NCBI GenBank assembly: GCA_045803545.1
Contig: JBJMOW010000005.1
Location: 704,001 to 768,000 of the forward strand
DNA from: Gemmatimonadaceae bacterium
GTDB lineage: Bacteria; Gemmatimonadota; Gemmatimonadetes; Gemmatimonadales; Gemmatimonadaceae
Length of the DNA stretch: 64,000 nt
Direction of reading: 5' to 3'
The notes under the pieces were generated by a model. The model was not told the origin of the DNA and did no database searches. It saw nothing but the letters and a program-made list of their open reading frames with translations. Shown one piece after another: positions 18,966 through 27,917 of the stretch. The position numbers were made by a program, and so were the translations under genes. The stretch's first letter is position 1, and each line of letters opens with the position of its first letter.

Positions 18966-19877
18966 TCAGACCGGAGGCAGGGTGAGCAGTCGATCCTCGA
19001 CTCTGGCATTTTCGCGGAACGGCTCCATGTGCACCAGCACACTGACAACGTTGGGCAGTGCCTCGAGGATCGCGTACTTCACGCGCGACGCAATTTCGTG
19101 AGCGTCCTCGAGCGACATCGCTGGATCTGCCTGGGCGTGCAGATCGACGTAGAAGCCCAATCCCGAAGCTCGCAGGTTGAGATTCTCCACGTGACGAACG
19201 CCCGGCACCCCGAGCGCGGCGCGCAATGCCATTTGCTTCACCGTCCGATCCGGGGCTTCGTCCATCAAACCGGAAATCGCGGGACGTAGCGTACGAATTC
19301 CGTTGATTGCCACCAACAGCGCCGCCACTAACGCCGCCCAATCGTCCGCCGCTGGCCAGCGCTGCCACAGCGCAATGCTGATGCCGATGAATGCGGCGAG
19401 CGAACTGACGGCGTCGGCGCGGTGATGCCACGCATCTGCGACTACGACAGTGCTGCCGACTTCCCTTCCAACGCGCGACACCCGCCGATAAAGACCCTCT
19501 TTGAGCAGAATAACCCCCGCTGCGACGAAGAGTGTCCACGGCGATGGCAGGTGGTGGGGCGTGATGATCTCGCGAACTGCCATAATCGAAATGCCGACCG
19601 CAGCGCCGAGAAGCATCAACGAAACTATTGCCGCCGCGAGGGGCTCAGCCTTGCCGTGACCGTAAGGATGATCTTCGTCGGCGGGCTTGGCGGCGATGCT
19701 CAGGCCCATCCAGACGATGATCGATGAGAAAATGTCGGCCGACGACTCCACGGCGTCGGCCACCAGTGCATTGGCATGGCCGACGATCCCCGCGATCAGC
19801 TTCACCAGAACGAGTGCCGCGTTGACCAGCAGGCCGGCCTGTGCCCAGCGAATGCTTCGGCTGGTAGCGCTGATCAC
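18966..19877 (-). CDS. Cation diffusion facilitator family transporter (FieF-like)
   Basis: ALVADAVES, PADEDHPYGHGKAE, DAWHHRAD, VHMEP. Confidence 0.92.
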   Translation of the reverse strand: MISATSRSIRWAQAGLLVNAALVLVKLIAGIVGHANALVADAVESSADIFSSIIVWMGLSIAAKPADEDHPYGHGKAEPLAAAIVSLMLLGAAVGISIMAVREIITPHHLPSPWTLFVAAGVILLKEGLYRRVSRVGREVGSTVVVADAWHHRADAVSSLAAFIGISIALWQRWPAADDWAALVAALLVAINGIRTLRPAISGLMDEAPDRTVKQMALRAALGVPGVRHVENLNLRASGLGFYVDLHAQADPAMSLEDAHEIASRVKYAILEALPNVVSVLVHMEPFRENARVEDRLLTLPPV

Positions 19878-19889
19878 AGCGTTCGCGCT

Positions 19890-20234
19890 TTAAAAGTCGG
19901 CCTTCTCCAGCCGCGTTGCTGCTTCATTGATGCGCGCTGCATACGCCTCCGCATCTTCACCGGGTACGCGTCGCGGGATCACGAAATCCGGATTCTCTGG
20001 CGGATCGGAAGACGGTGTATTGATGAAGAGATCACCGCCGCGAGTTACCACTGAGGCCTCGAATCGGTCGATTGCCGTGATCAGATCGTCGAGCTGCGAA
20101 CCGGTCTCCCTTCCGGTGAGTAGCACTCCTTTCTGTCGAACGCGCCCGCTCAACTCTAGTGCCGCCGAATCGCGCTCTTCGCGGCGATGCGGGTCAAGAT
20201 CTTCCTGCTGCTCCTCAAAGGATTCCTGTGTCAC
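19890..20234 (-). CDS. Hypothetical protein
   Basis: GGAGG RBS before GTG 20234; FEASVVTRGGDL and PDFVIPRR segments. The track start at 20471 overlaps the divergent gene. Confidence 0.7.
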   Translation of the reverse strand: MTQESFEEQQEDLDPHRREERDSAALELSGRVRQKGVLLTGRETGSQLDDLITAIDRFEASVVTRGGDLFINTPSSDPPENPDFVIPRRVPGEDAEAYAARINEAATRLEKADF

Positions 20235-20331
20235 ACTTCCTCCGTCTTGCGGTTCGGGGCATTGAACTGCAAGTCTCGTGATAGCGGCGTGAAAGCTGCG
20301 ACGTTCAAAGAGATTCGTCGAGAGGAAAACA

Positions 20332-20607
20332 ATGTCCCGCGCATTCGTAAAGGAAGGTGCCGAAAGTTGGGGAGATCCGGGCAAGCGATACTCTCTTCCG
20401 CCACGGAACGATCCGTCATACGACGAAGCCGCCGCCGCAGCTTTATTGGAAGCCGCGCGAGCGGGCGACACGGGCAGCGCGGAAAGCGCTACGGGTTACT
20501 ACTGGGGAGAGCGTAAACTTCGACCCTTCGTCGAGAAAATTCTCGTCCGCGCCGAGGAAGATGGAGACGAGAGGTTGGCGCAGCTTGCGAACAGATTTCT
20601 GCGCTGA
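20332..20607 (+). CDS. Small hypothetical protein starting MSRAFVKE
   Basis: GAGGA RBS; compact 91-aa ORF in the gap. Confidence 0.7.
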   Translation: MSRAFVKEGAESWGDPGKRYSLPPRNDPSYDEAAAAALLEAARAGDTGSAESATGYYWGERKLRPFVEKILVRAEEDGDERLAQLANRFLR

Positions 20608-20691
20608 TCGGCTCTTTATGACGGACCGCGGTTGGTAACTGACGTAGGCGACACGAGATACTTGCCGACCCTTTATCGCCGAGATACATAG

Positions 20692-23600
20692 ATGCACCAA
20701 CCTCGGAGATCTTTTCAAGTGAGATTTCGCGCGCTTTGCGTCGCGTTCGGCATACCTGCGATACTTACATCCGTTCCCCGCATGCTCTCCGCGCAGCGCG
20801 TACCCCTCGCGCCGCAAAGCACGTTCTTCACCTACGACTCCTCCGCGTTCTCCGCGCTCAAGTGGCGGGAGATCGGTCCGTTTCGTGGTGGCCGCTCCGT
20901 CGCCGTCGCCGGCTCAGCCAAACGCCCAAACGAGTACTATTTCGGTACGACAGGCGGCGGGGTGTTCAAGACCGCCGATGGTGGAATCACTTGGGCGCCC
21001 GTCACGGATAAATATTTTGGCGGCACCGTTGGCGCGATCGGGATCAGTGAATCGAATCCGGACATCGTGTATGTCGGCGCCGGCGAATACCCGATCCGCG
21101 GCAACGTGTCGCACGGCGACGGAGTGTTCAAGTCGACCGACGGTGGCAAGACATGGATGTCGGTTGGATTGGCCGACTCGCGTCAGATCTCGCGCGTGCG
21201 CGTGCATCCAACCAATCCCGACATCGTTTATGTCGGAGCGCAGGGCCACGTGTTCGGGCCGAGCACTGAGCGCGGAGTTTACAAGACCGTCGACGGCGGC
21301 AAGACGTGGCGACGGGTGCTGTATCGCAACGATTCGACCGGAATCACCGACCTGGTTCTGGATCCGAACAATCCGGAGATCATTTACGCCGCGTTCTGGC
21401 AGGCGTGGCGCACGCCGTGGCAGCTCGTCTCGGGCGGCGCCGGCAGCGGCATCTTCAAATCCACGGACGGCGGGGAGCACTGGACAGAGCTCACCCATAA
21501 TCCGGGGCTGCCGGCAGGAGTAATCGGCAACATCGGACTCGCCGTTTCTCCATCGAACTCGAACAAGCTATGGGCAATCGTCGAAGCCGACTCAGGCGGA
21601 GTATTTCGATCCACCGACGGCGGCGCCACATGGACGCGCAGCAACAGCGACCGTCGGCTGCGGCAGCGAGCATGGTACTACACGCGCATTTTCGCCGACC
21701 CAAAGGATGAGAGCTCGATCTACGTCCTGAACACCGGCATGTACCGGTCTACGGATAACGGAAAGACATTCCGTTCCATCCAGGTGCCGCATGGCGACAA
21801 TCACGATCTCTGGATCGCGTCAAATGATCCGCAGCGGATGATCGAGGCGAATGATGGTGGCGCCAACGTCTCATTCAACGGCGGCAAATCGTGGAGCGAA
21901 CAGGACCAGGCCACTGCGCAGTTCTATCACGTCACGACGACAAACCATTTTCCTTATCGAGTCTGCGGCGCACAGCAGGACAATTCGACGCTGTGCGGAC
22001 CCAGCCGGAAGGCCGGCGGCATCGACATCAGCGACTGGTACGATGTAGGTGGCGGTGAGAGCGGCTACATCGCGGTGCGCGCCGACACACCAGATGTGGT
22101 CTTTGCCGGATCGTACGGCGGATTGCTGACACGCAAGGACATCAACACCGGTTTTGAGCGCGACGTCAATCCGTGGCCGAACAATCCGATGGGACACGAC
22201 GCGGCCGACGCAAAGTATCGCTTTCAGTGGACCTTCCCGATCGTGATGTCTCCCCACAATCCGAGTCGGATGTACGTCGGCAGCAGTGTCATTTTTCAGA
22301 CTGACGATGAAGGCCAGACGTTCAAGGCGATCAGTCCCGACCTCACTCGTCACGACCCCCGCACACTCGGCGCATCGGGCGGGCCTATCACGAAGGATCA
22401 GACTTCGGTCGAATATTACGCGACGGTGTTCACTATCGCCGAGTCGCCGCGCACTGCGGGCGTGATTTGGGCAGGATCCGACGACGGGTTGGTGAATGTC
22501 ACGCGAGACGGAGGCAAGACCTGGAAGAACGTGACTCCGGCCGGGCTACCCGAATGGGCCCGCATTTCGATGATCGAGCCGTCACACTTCGCGACCGGCA
22601 CCGCATACCTTGCCGCAAATCGCTATCAGCGCGACGACATGAAGCCTTATTTGTACCGCACCAATGACTACGGGGCGACCTGGACTCCGATAACGAATGG
22701 AATCCCAGTCGCGGAATTCACTCGTGTGCTGCGCGAGGATCCGGAAAGAGCGGGACTGCTATATGCGGGAACCGAGCGCGGTGTGTGGATTTCCTTCAAC
22801 GACGGCGCAAGCTGGCAATCTCTGCGACGGAATCTTCCATTAGTTCCGGTTCATGATCTTGCGGTGAAGGAAGGCGATCTGATCGCGGCCACCCATGGTC
22901 GCTCCTTCTGGATTCTCGACGACCTGTCGGCGTTGCGTCAGTTGCATCCGGAGACGCTTCGCACGACGGCAACGCTGTTCAAGCCACGTCAGGTGTATCG
23001 CGCGAACTTTAACGGTGGCGGTGGCACCGGTGCCGCCGGCGGTCATCCGACGGGCGCCAATCCGGCCAACGGCGCGGTGATCTACTACTGGCTGGCCAAG
23101 CCGCGTCAGGTTGTGACCATGGATTTTCTCGATTCACGGGGCAAAGTGATTCGCACCTTCACCAGCAATCAGGACCCACGACAAGCCGCCGATTCAGTGC
23201 GCGCCGACAGCGTTCGAACCGCTCGCAACGACAGCTTGCGTCGCGCTGGCCTTCCGCCGGACACCGCGGAAAGATCCGAAGCGCGCGGCGAGGAAACGCC
23301 GCCCGACGAGGGTCCGATTCGTCGCCCGCCGCCACCACGGGTGTCCAATAAAGCGGGACTCAACATGTTCGCGTGGAATCTCCGCTATCCGGATGCATCC
23401 GTCTTCGACAACATGATTATGTGGGCTGGCAGTGTGAGCGGACCGGCCGTCTTGCCCGGCGCATACGCAGTGCGATTGAACGTGGGCGGACAGAGCTACA
23501 CTCAGCCGCTCGTTGTGGTCAAGGATCCGCGCACCACCGCGACCGAAGCCGATCTGAAAGAACAATTTGATCTGCTGACTCGTATTCGGGACAAGACCAG

Positions 23601-24066
23601 CGAGGCCAACGACGCAGTGAGGACAATCCGCAACGTCAAGGCGCAGTTCGCCGACCGGTCGCAGAAGATCACGGGCCCGGGTGCTGCCGCATTCAGGCAG
23701 CTGGCAACGGAACTCACGAACAAACTGTCGACGATTGAGAGCGAGATTTACCAGGTGAAAAATCAGTCGAGTCAGGATCCACTCAATTATCCGATCAAAC
23801 TGAACAACAAGATCGCCGCGCTGGCCGGAGTCGTTGGTGGTACTGATGCGAAACCGACGAGCCAGTCGTACACCGTGTTCAACGATCTATCGACTCAGCT
23901 CGATCGTCGCCTCTCGGCAATGCGAGGTGCCCTGTTAATCCTGCCGTCGGTCAACGCGACGCTCAAAGCGGCTGGCTTGGCGCCGATCGTTCCAAGCACC
24001 GAGGAGCTCAAGTCCGCTGGCGTGCCCGGCGCATCGACAGTGCAATTGGAGAACGACGATCAGTAA
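20692..24066 (+). CDS. Large secreted BNR/Asp-box (Vps10/sortilin-like) beta-propeller protein, glycosyl hydrolase-like
   Basis: WREIGPFRGGRS start, many S/T-x-D-G-G-x-T-W Asp boxes, HGDNHDLWI, ATHGRSFW, C-terminal coiled coil. Confidence 0.9.
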   Translation: MHQPRRSFQVRFRALCVAFGIPAILTSVPRMLSAQRVPLAPQSTFFTYDSSAFSALKWREIGPFRGGRSVAVAGSAKRPNEYYFGTTGGGVFKTADGGITWAPVTDKYFGGTVGAIGISESNPDIVYVGAGEYPIRGNVSHGDGVFKSTDGGKTWMSVGLADSRQISRVRVHPTNPDIVYVGAQGHVFGPSTERGVYKTVDGGKTWRRVLYRNDSTGITDLVLDPNNPEIIYAAFWQAWRTPWQLVSGGAGSGIFKSTDGGEHWTELTHNPGLPAGVIGNIGLAVSPSNSNKLWAIVEADSGGVFRSTDGGATWTRSNSDRRLRQRAWYYTRIFADPKDESSIYVLNTGMYRSTDNGKTFRSIQVPHGDNHDLWIASNDPQRMIEANDGGANVSFNGGKSWSEQDQATAQFYHVTTTNHFPYRVCGAQQDNSTLCGPSRKAGGIDISDWYDVGGGESGYIAVRADTPDVVFAGSYGGLLTRKDINTGFERDVNPWPNNPMGHDAADAKYRFQWTFPIVMSPHNPSRMYVGSSVIFQTDDEGQTFKAISPDLTRHDPRTLGASGGPITKDQTSVEYYATVFTIAESPRTAGVIWAGSDDGLVNVTRDGGKTWKNVTPAGLPEWARISMIEPSHFATGTAYLAANRYQRDDMKPYLYRTNDYGATWTPITNGIPVAEFTRVLREDPERAGLLYAGTERGVWISFNDGASWQSLRRNLPLVPVHDLAVKEGDLIAATHGRSFWILDDLSALRQLHPETLRTTATLFKPRQVYRANFNGGGGTGAAGGHPTGANPANGAVIYYWLAKPRQVVTMDFLDSRGKVIRTFTSNQDPRQAADSVRADSVRTARNDSLRRAGLPPDTAERSEARGEETPPDEGPIRRPPPPRVSNKAGLNMFAWNLRYPDASVFDNMIMWAGSVSGPAVLPGAYAVRLNVGGQSYTQPLVVVKDPRTTATEADLKEQFDLLTRIRDKTSEANDAVRTIRNVKAQFADRSQKITGPGAAAFRQLATELTNKLSTIESEIYQVKNQSSQDPLNYPIKLNNKIAALAGVVGGTDAKPTSQSYTVFNDLSTQLDRRLSAMRGALLILPSVNATLKAAGLAPIVPSTEELKSAGVPGASTVQLENDDQ

Positions 24067-24742
24067 TCACCACGCACGTCTCGTCTTACTCGCCCTCGCG
24101 ACCGCCGCTGTTGTTACGAGCGGAGCCTGCGGGAACGAGGAGGACGCATCTCGTACGCGGATCCGCGTGCTCGACTCCACCTACACGAACTCGTGGGCAC
24201 CGATGCAGGACACAGGTACCGTGTACCGGATCGAAGTCGTGTCGCCGTTCGGTGCGGACACCGTTCGTGATGTGATTCCGCCGGCGCCCGTCGTTGTCGG
24301 TGACACGCTCGTCCTCGGCCTTGTACAGGTGTCGGAAGATTCGTCGACGCCACAGCGGCAGATTTTCCGACTCAGGCTCGGCAAACACAGTGTCGAGACT
24401 CAGCCGATTCCCGAGGATGTGTGGCCCTCCTACCAGGACGTATTGATCTCACCCGACGGACGATACATCGCGTACGTCGGCGAAGACACGACACCATCAA
24501 ATCCGGGGATGTACGGGATCGTGCGGGAGCTGAAGACGGGCGCGATCGTAGTACGGGGGCCGGGGGGTGGCGGATGTGATTGCGATGAGGACTTCAATCA
24601 CGCGCGCTGGTTTCCACCCGATAGCTTCGAGATCGCAGTTGCCCATAGCAACAGCAGCGGAAACTGGCAGCGACTCTCGGGCAAAGCCTCAGCGAGTCGG
24701 CTTCATGTTGACACTCTTACCGACGAACCCGATTGGCACTGA
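24059..24742 (+). CDS. Hypothetical lipoprotein with a short propeller-like segment (start codon uncertain)
   Basis: The frame of the track ORF 24167-24742 stays open upstream and encodes ISNHHARLVLLALATAAVVTSGAC (lipobox) from ATC 24059, 7 nt after GGAG; ISPDGRYIAY motif. Confidence 0.65.
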   Translation: MSNHHARLVLLALATAAVVTSGACGNEEDASRTRIRVLDSTYTNSWAPMQDTGTVYRIEVVSPFGADTVRDVIPPAPVVVGDTLVLGLVQVSEDSSTPQRQIFRLRLGKHSVETQPIPEDVWPSYQDVLISPDGRYIAYVGEDTTPSNPGMYGIVRELKTGAIVVRGPGGGGCDCDEDFNHARWFPPDSFEIAVAHSNSSGNWQRLSGKASASRLHVDTLTDEPDWH

Positions 24743-25248
24743 GCACCGATCCAAAGCGCGGCTTCTTGCGCCACACGCTTGCCACCGTCGCGTACCGGGC
24801 CGCCAAGGTGGAACGCTTTGCACCGCCTGGCTTCGGAGACTTTCAGCTCGGGAAGGCCGCGCGCACACCGGTAGAGATCATCGCTCACATGGCGGATTTA
24901 TTCGACTGGGGACTGCGACTGGCGAAGGGTAACCCGGATTGGGTGCAGTCGAAACCGCAGTCGTGGCGGAAAGAAGTCGCGCGCTTTCACGCGTCATTGC
25001 TCGCACTCGATCAGTACCTTGCGTCCGATACTCCTCTCTCAGTCACCGCGGAGGAATTATTTCAGGGACCGATCTCGGATGCGCTGACCCACATCGGCCA
25101 GGTTGCGGTGCTACGTCGCCAGGCTGGCGCGCCCGTGCGTTCGGAGGTCTACGCGAAAGCCAAGATCGCCGCCGGGCGGGTTGGGGAGGAACAACCCAAG
25201 AATCCGCTGGAGTTCGACAGCCCGCCAGCAGAACCGGCAATAACGTAA
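24733..25248 (+). CDS. DinB/YfiT-like four-helix protein
   Basis: TPVEIIAHMAD and DALTHIGQ..LRR motifs. Confidence 0.75.
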   Translation: MALSTDPKRGFLRHTLATVAYRAAKVERFAPPGFGDFQLGKAARTPVEIIAHMADLFDWGLRLAKGNPDWVQSKPQSWRKEVARFHASLLALDQYLASDTPLSVTAEELFQGPISDALTHIGQVAVLRRQAGAPVRSEVYAKAKIAAGRVGEEQPKNPLEFDSPPAEPAIT

Positions 25249-25294
25249 TCGCCGCCTGAACGAGCGCGACCGGTGCTAGATTTGCGGCCGCAGG

Positions 25295-25321
25295 TGTAAC
25301 CCGAATGCGCTCTGATTCGTA
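25295..25321 (+). promoter_or_regulatory. ECF-sigma-type promoter
   Basis: TGTAAC-N17-CGTA, 8 nt upstream of ATG 25330. Confidence 0.5.
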
Positions 25322-25329
25322 GGACTCAT

Positions 25330-26016
25330 ATGCAGAATCCACCCGCAGCAGCCGCTACACCACAGACGCCTCAGCCAGCTCCCGCACCGGAGCCAGCAAC
25401 GGAGGTTCAAGGTCCGTTCGCAGTGGTGGCGGGCCCCCAAGGCCCTCAAACGTTCTCGCTCCTTGGACCGAAAACCCAACGTGAAATCGATGTCCTGAAG
25501 GCGCGTCGCTCGGAGCTATCGAATCAACTGGAGTCGGTCGACTCACGGCGCTCGAGTCTAATGAAGCAACTCAGGACGACCGGTGATCCCGTCGCGGTGA
25601 AAGGACTCGAAGCGCGTCTCGCGCTGCTCGATGCGCGCCAGCTACAGCTCGAGTCGGATCTACAGCAAACCGGCCAACTGCTGTCGAGCACGGCCGCAGG
25701 ACAGGTGGCGTCGACTTCAGACGCACCTCGCATGGGAAGCTTCACCACCAATCAAACGATGGCGTTGTCCGTGCTGGGAATCATCTTCATCGGATTCCCG
25801 CTAGCGATCGGAGTAGCCAAGTCGATGTGGCGCCGTTCGATCAAGCCTGGAGTCGCACCACAAGCACTCACCGAGACCGCGCAGCGCTTGGAGCGCCTCG
25901 AATCATCGGTTGACGCCATTGCGATCGAGATCGAGCGAATCTCCGAGGGCCAGCGCTTCGTGACAAAACTGCTGTCGGATTCGCAGGCAGCGCCGGCGCT
26001 TGGCGCAGCGAAATAA
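25330..26016 (+). CDS. Single-TM coiled-coil membrane protein
   Basis: Coiled coil, TM helix, C-terminal RLERLESSVDAIAIEIERISEGQRFVTKLL. Confidence 0.8.
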   Translation: MQNPPAAAATPQTPQPAPAPEPATEVQGPFAVVAGPQGPQTFSLLGPKTQREIDVLKARRSELSNQLESVDSRRSSLMKQLRTTGDPVAVKGLEARLALLDARQLQLESDLQQTGQLLSSTAAGQVASTSDAPRMGSFTTNQTMALSVLGIIFIGFPLAIGVAKSMWRRSIKPGVAPQALTETAQRLERLESSVDAIAIEIERISEGQRFVTKLLSDSQAAPALGAAK

Positions 26017-26031
26017 ACGTTGCGGATGAGC

Positions 26032-26167
26032 GCTAATAGGTTGGTCCGAACCGCGAGCTAATGCGAAAATGCGAGCTGGTTGCGAGGATAGGGACTCGCA
26101 CTCGTCTCGCAACTCGCAACTAGCCCGCATCTCGCAACTAGCCCGCAACTCGCACCAATCCGTTAGC
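26032..26167. repeat. Intergenic CTCGCAA-type short tandem and inverted repeats forming a long hairpin
   Basis: CTCGCAACTAGCCCGCA at 26113-26129 and 26131-26147, extra CTCGCA units, and an inverted copy ATGCGAGCTGGTTGCGAG at 26069-26086. Confidence 0.75.
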
Positions 26168-26184
26168 CCTCCTCCCGCAGCCCC

Positions 26185-27135
26185 TCAGACGGCTGCGGGT
26201 CCACTGTTCTTAGGGTCCTCTCCACTCAAAGTCTGTTGCCTGAGTGCCGCGGCGCCCATCAATCCACCGAGTCCCATGGACTCGACGGCAGTGCTCGGCA
26301 CCAGCATTAGCGCGCCTTTCTCCTTCAGTCCTTCGTAGAGGATGTTCATCGCGCGCAGGTGAAGCGCGGTTGGATTGTTCTGGTAGGACTTGGCCGCCTC
26401 GTGAAACAAGTTGGCGATCTCCACTTCGGCCTGACCGAGAATGATACGCGCCGATTTCTCGCGAGAAGCCTGCGCCTCGCGGGACATCGCATCCTGCAAT
26501 GACGATGGAATCACGACATCACGCATCTCCACCGATTGCACCGTCACCCCCCACGGATTAGACCGCTGATCGATCAGGCTTTGCAGCTCGGACTCGATCC
26601 GCTCCCTTCCCCGCAACAGCTCGGTGAGTGAGGTACGACCGATGATGTCGCGCAGCCCGGTCTGGGCCGCCCAGCTCACAGCTTGGGAGTAATCCTGGAC
26701 TTCCAGTGCAGCCTTCTCGGAGTCATGCACCATCCAGAAGAGCACGGCGTCGACGTTGACAGGCACAGTATCCGAAGTCAGAGTCTCTTCAGCTGCAAAA
26801 CTCGTCGTCACGACACGCTGGTCGATGTACAGCGAAACCGATTCGATGAACGGCGTAATCCAGAACAGGCCCGGTCCGCGCAATCCAGTGTAGCGACCGA
26901 GCCGCAACACCACTGCCCGCTCCCATTGTTTGGCGATCTTGGGCGATTGTGCGAGCACGACACCGGCGACCGTCCAGATCAAAAGCCAGCCTGGATTCTG
27001 GGCGGCTGCCGTCATCACCAGCCCAATGACAATCGCGACGAGCAGTATGAAAACGGAAACAACGTTGACACGCCCTTGCGACCGTGAAGCCCGCGCGGCG
27101 CGGCGTGCTGCGAGAACTTCGTCCATGCCTGGCAT
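26185..27135 (-). CDS. SPFH/band-7 (slipin/stomatin-like) protein
   Basis: QWERAVVLRLGR, TLTSDTVPVNVDAV, AAQTGLRDIIG, WGVTVQSVEMRDV. Confidence 0.92.
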   Translation of the reverse strand: MPGMDEVLAARRAARASRSQGRVNVVSVFILLVAIVIGLVMTAAAQNPGWLLIWTVAGVVLAQSPKIAKQWERAVVLRLGRYTGLRGPGLFWITPFIESVSLYIDQRVVTTSFAAEETLTSDTVPVNVDAVLFWMVHDSEKAALEVQDYSQAVSWAAQTGLRDIIGRTSLTELLRGRERIESELQSLIDQRSNPWGVTVQSVEMRDVVIPSSLQDAMSREAQASREKSARIILGQAEVEIANLFHEAAKSYQNNPTALHLRAMNILYEGLKEKGALMLVPSTAVESMGLGGLMGAAALRQQTLSGEDPKNSGPAAV

Positions 27136-27513
27136 CTATTTTTTCTCCTCGTTTCTGAGCTTGTCGATCAACTCAGGTAAAGTGAATCCCAGCACTGCTG
27201 CATCGCCGATGAATCGGCGAATCAGCTCACGCAGATCACGCTCGCGGTGGGCACGCGCAGCCTGCGGTGTCGGCACTTCGCGAACGAATGTCCCCACTCC
27301 ACGACGCGTTTCCAGAATTCCATCGCGCTCGAGCTGGGCGTAAACTCGGGCAACGGTGTTGGCGTTGACCGCGAGATCCACGGCGAGCTGCCGCACGGTT
27401 GGCAGCTGCATTCCCGGCTGGAGCACGCCCGTCGCGATCGACGCGCGGATCGCGCGATCGAGTTGGGCATAGATCGGAGTTGGACTTCTGGTATCGACGT
27501 CGAATAGAGGCAT
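27136..27513 (-). CDS. GntR family, YtrA subfamily regulator
   Basis: PIYAQL, LPTVRQLA, NANTVARVY, RRGVGTFV; short C-terminal domain. Confidence 0.93.
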   Translation of the reverse strand: MPLFDVDTRSPTPIYAQLDRAIRASIATGVLQPGMQLPTVRQLAVDLAVNANTVARVYAQLERDGILETRRGVGTFVREVPTPQAARAHRERDLRELIRRFIGDAAVLGFTLPELIDKLRNEEKK

Positions 27514-27520
27514 TGTCCGC

Positions 27521-27542
27521 TTGTACTATCACATTGGGACAA
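27521..27542. promoter_or_regulatory. YtrA-type GntR operator
   Basis: Imperfect palindrome TTGTACTA-tcacat-TGGGACAA, 7 nt upstream of the GntR start. Confidence 0.6.
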
Positions 27543-27611
27543 TACGCGCGCAAGATCGAAGCAGTTTCAGCCGGGCTGAGCGTGGGTTAAGCCGGTCTAC
27601 GCAGCTCTAAG

Positions 27612-27905
27612 TCACCGATTGTGCGTATACATGAGATCGACCAGCTCGTCGTACATCTGGTCGGCCTCCTGGCCACCGGTCCGAATTGCGCCGGTCGCGC
27701 AATGCTTGAGATGATTCCGCATCAGCTCGCGACTAACTCCGCGCAGCGCTTCCTGCACCGACGAGATCTGGGTGAGAATGTCGGCGCAGTAGCGATCGGC
27801 GTCGACCATTTTCTGAAGACCACGCACCTGCCCTTCGATGCGCCGCAATCTGATCAGATTGCGCGCCTTGATCTCCGCATCGTTTGCTTTCGCTTTCCGT
27901 GGCAT
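27612..27905 (-). CDS. csoR: CsoR family copper-sensing repressor
   Basis: RLRRIEGQVRG, RYCADILTQ, NHLKHC (C-H-C Cu(I) site); adjacent to copA. Confidence 0.92.
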   Translation of the reverse strand: MPRKAKANDAEIKARNLIRLRRIEGQVRGLQKMVDADRYCADILTQISSVQEALRGVSRELMRNHLKHCATGAIRTGGQEADQMYDELVDLMYTHNR

Positions 27906-27917
27906 ATCGATCTCCGG

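Noticed and set aside
26095..26154. Repeats as a CRISPR array
   Set aside because: Units are 7-18 nt and contiguous, with no unique spacers and no cas genes.
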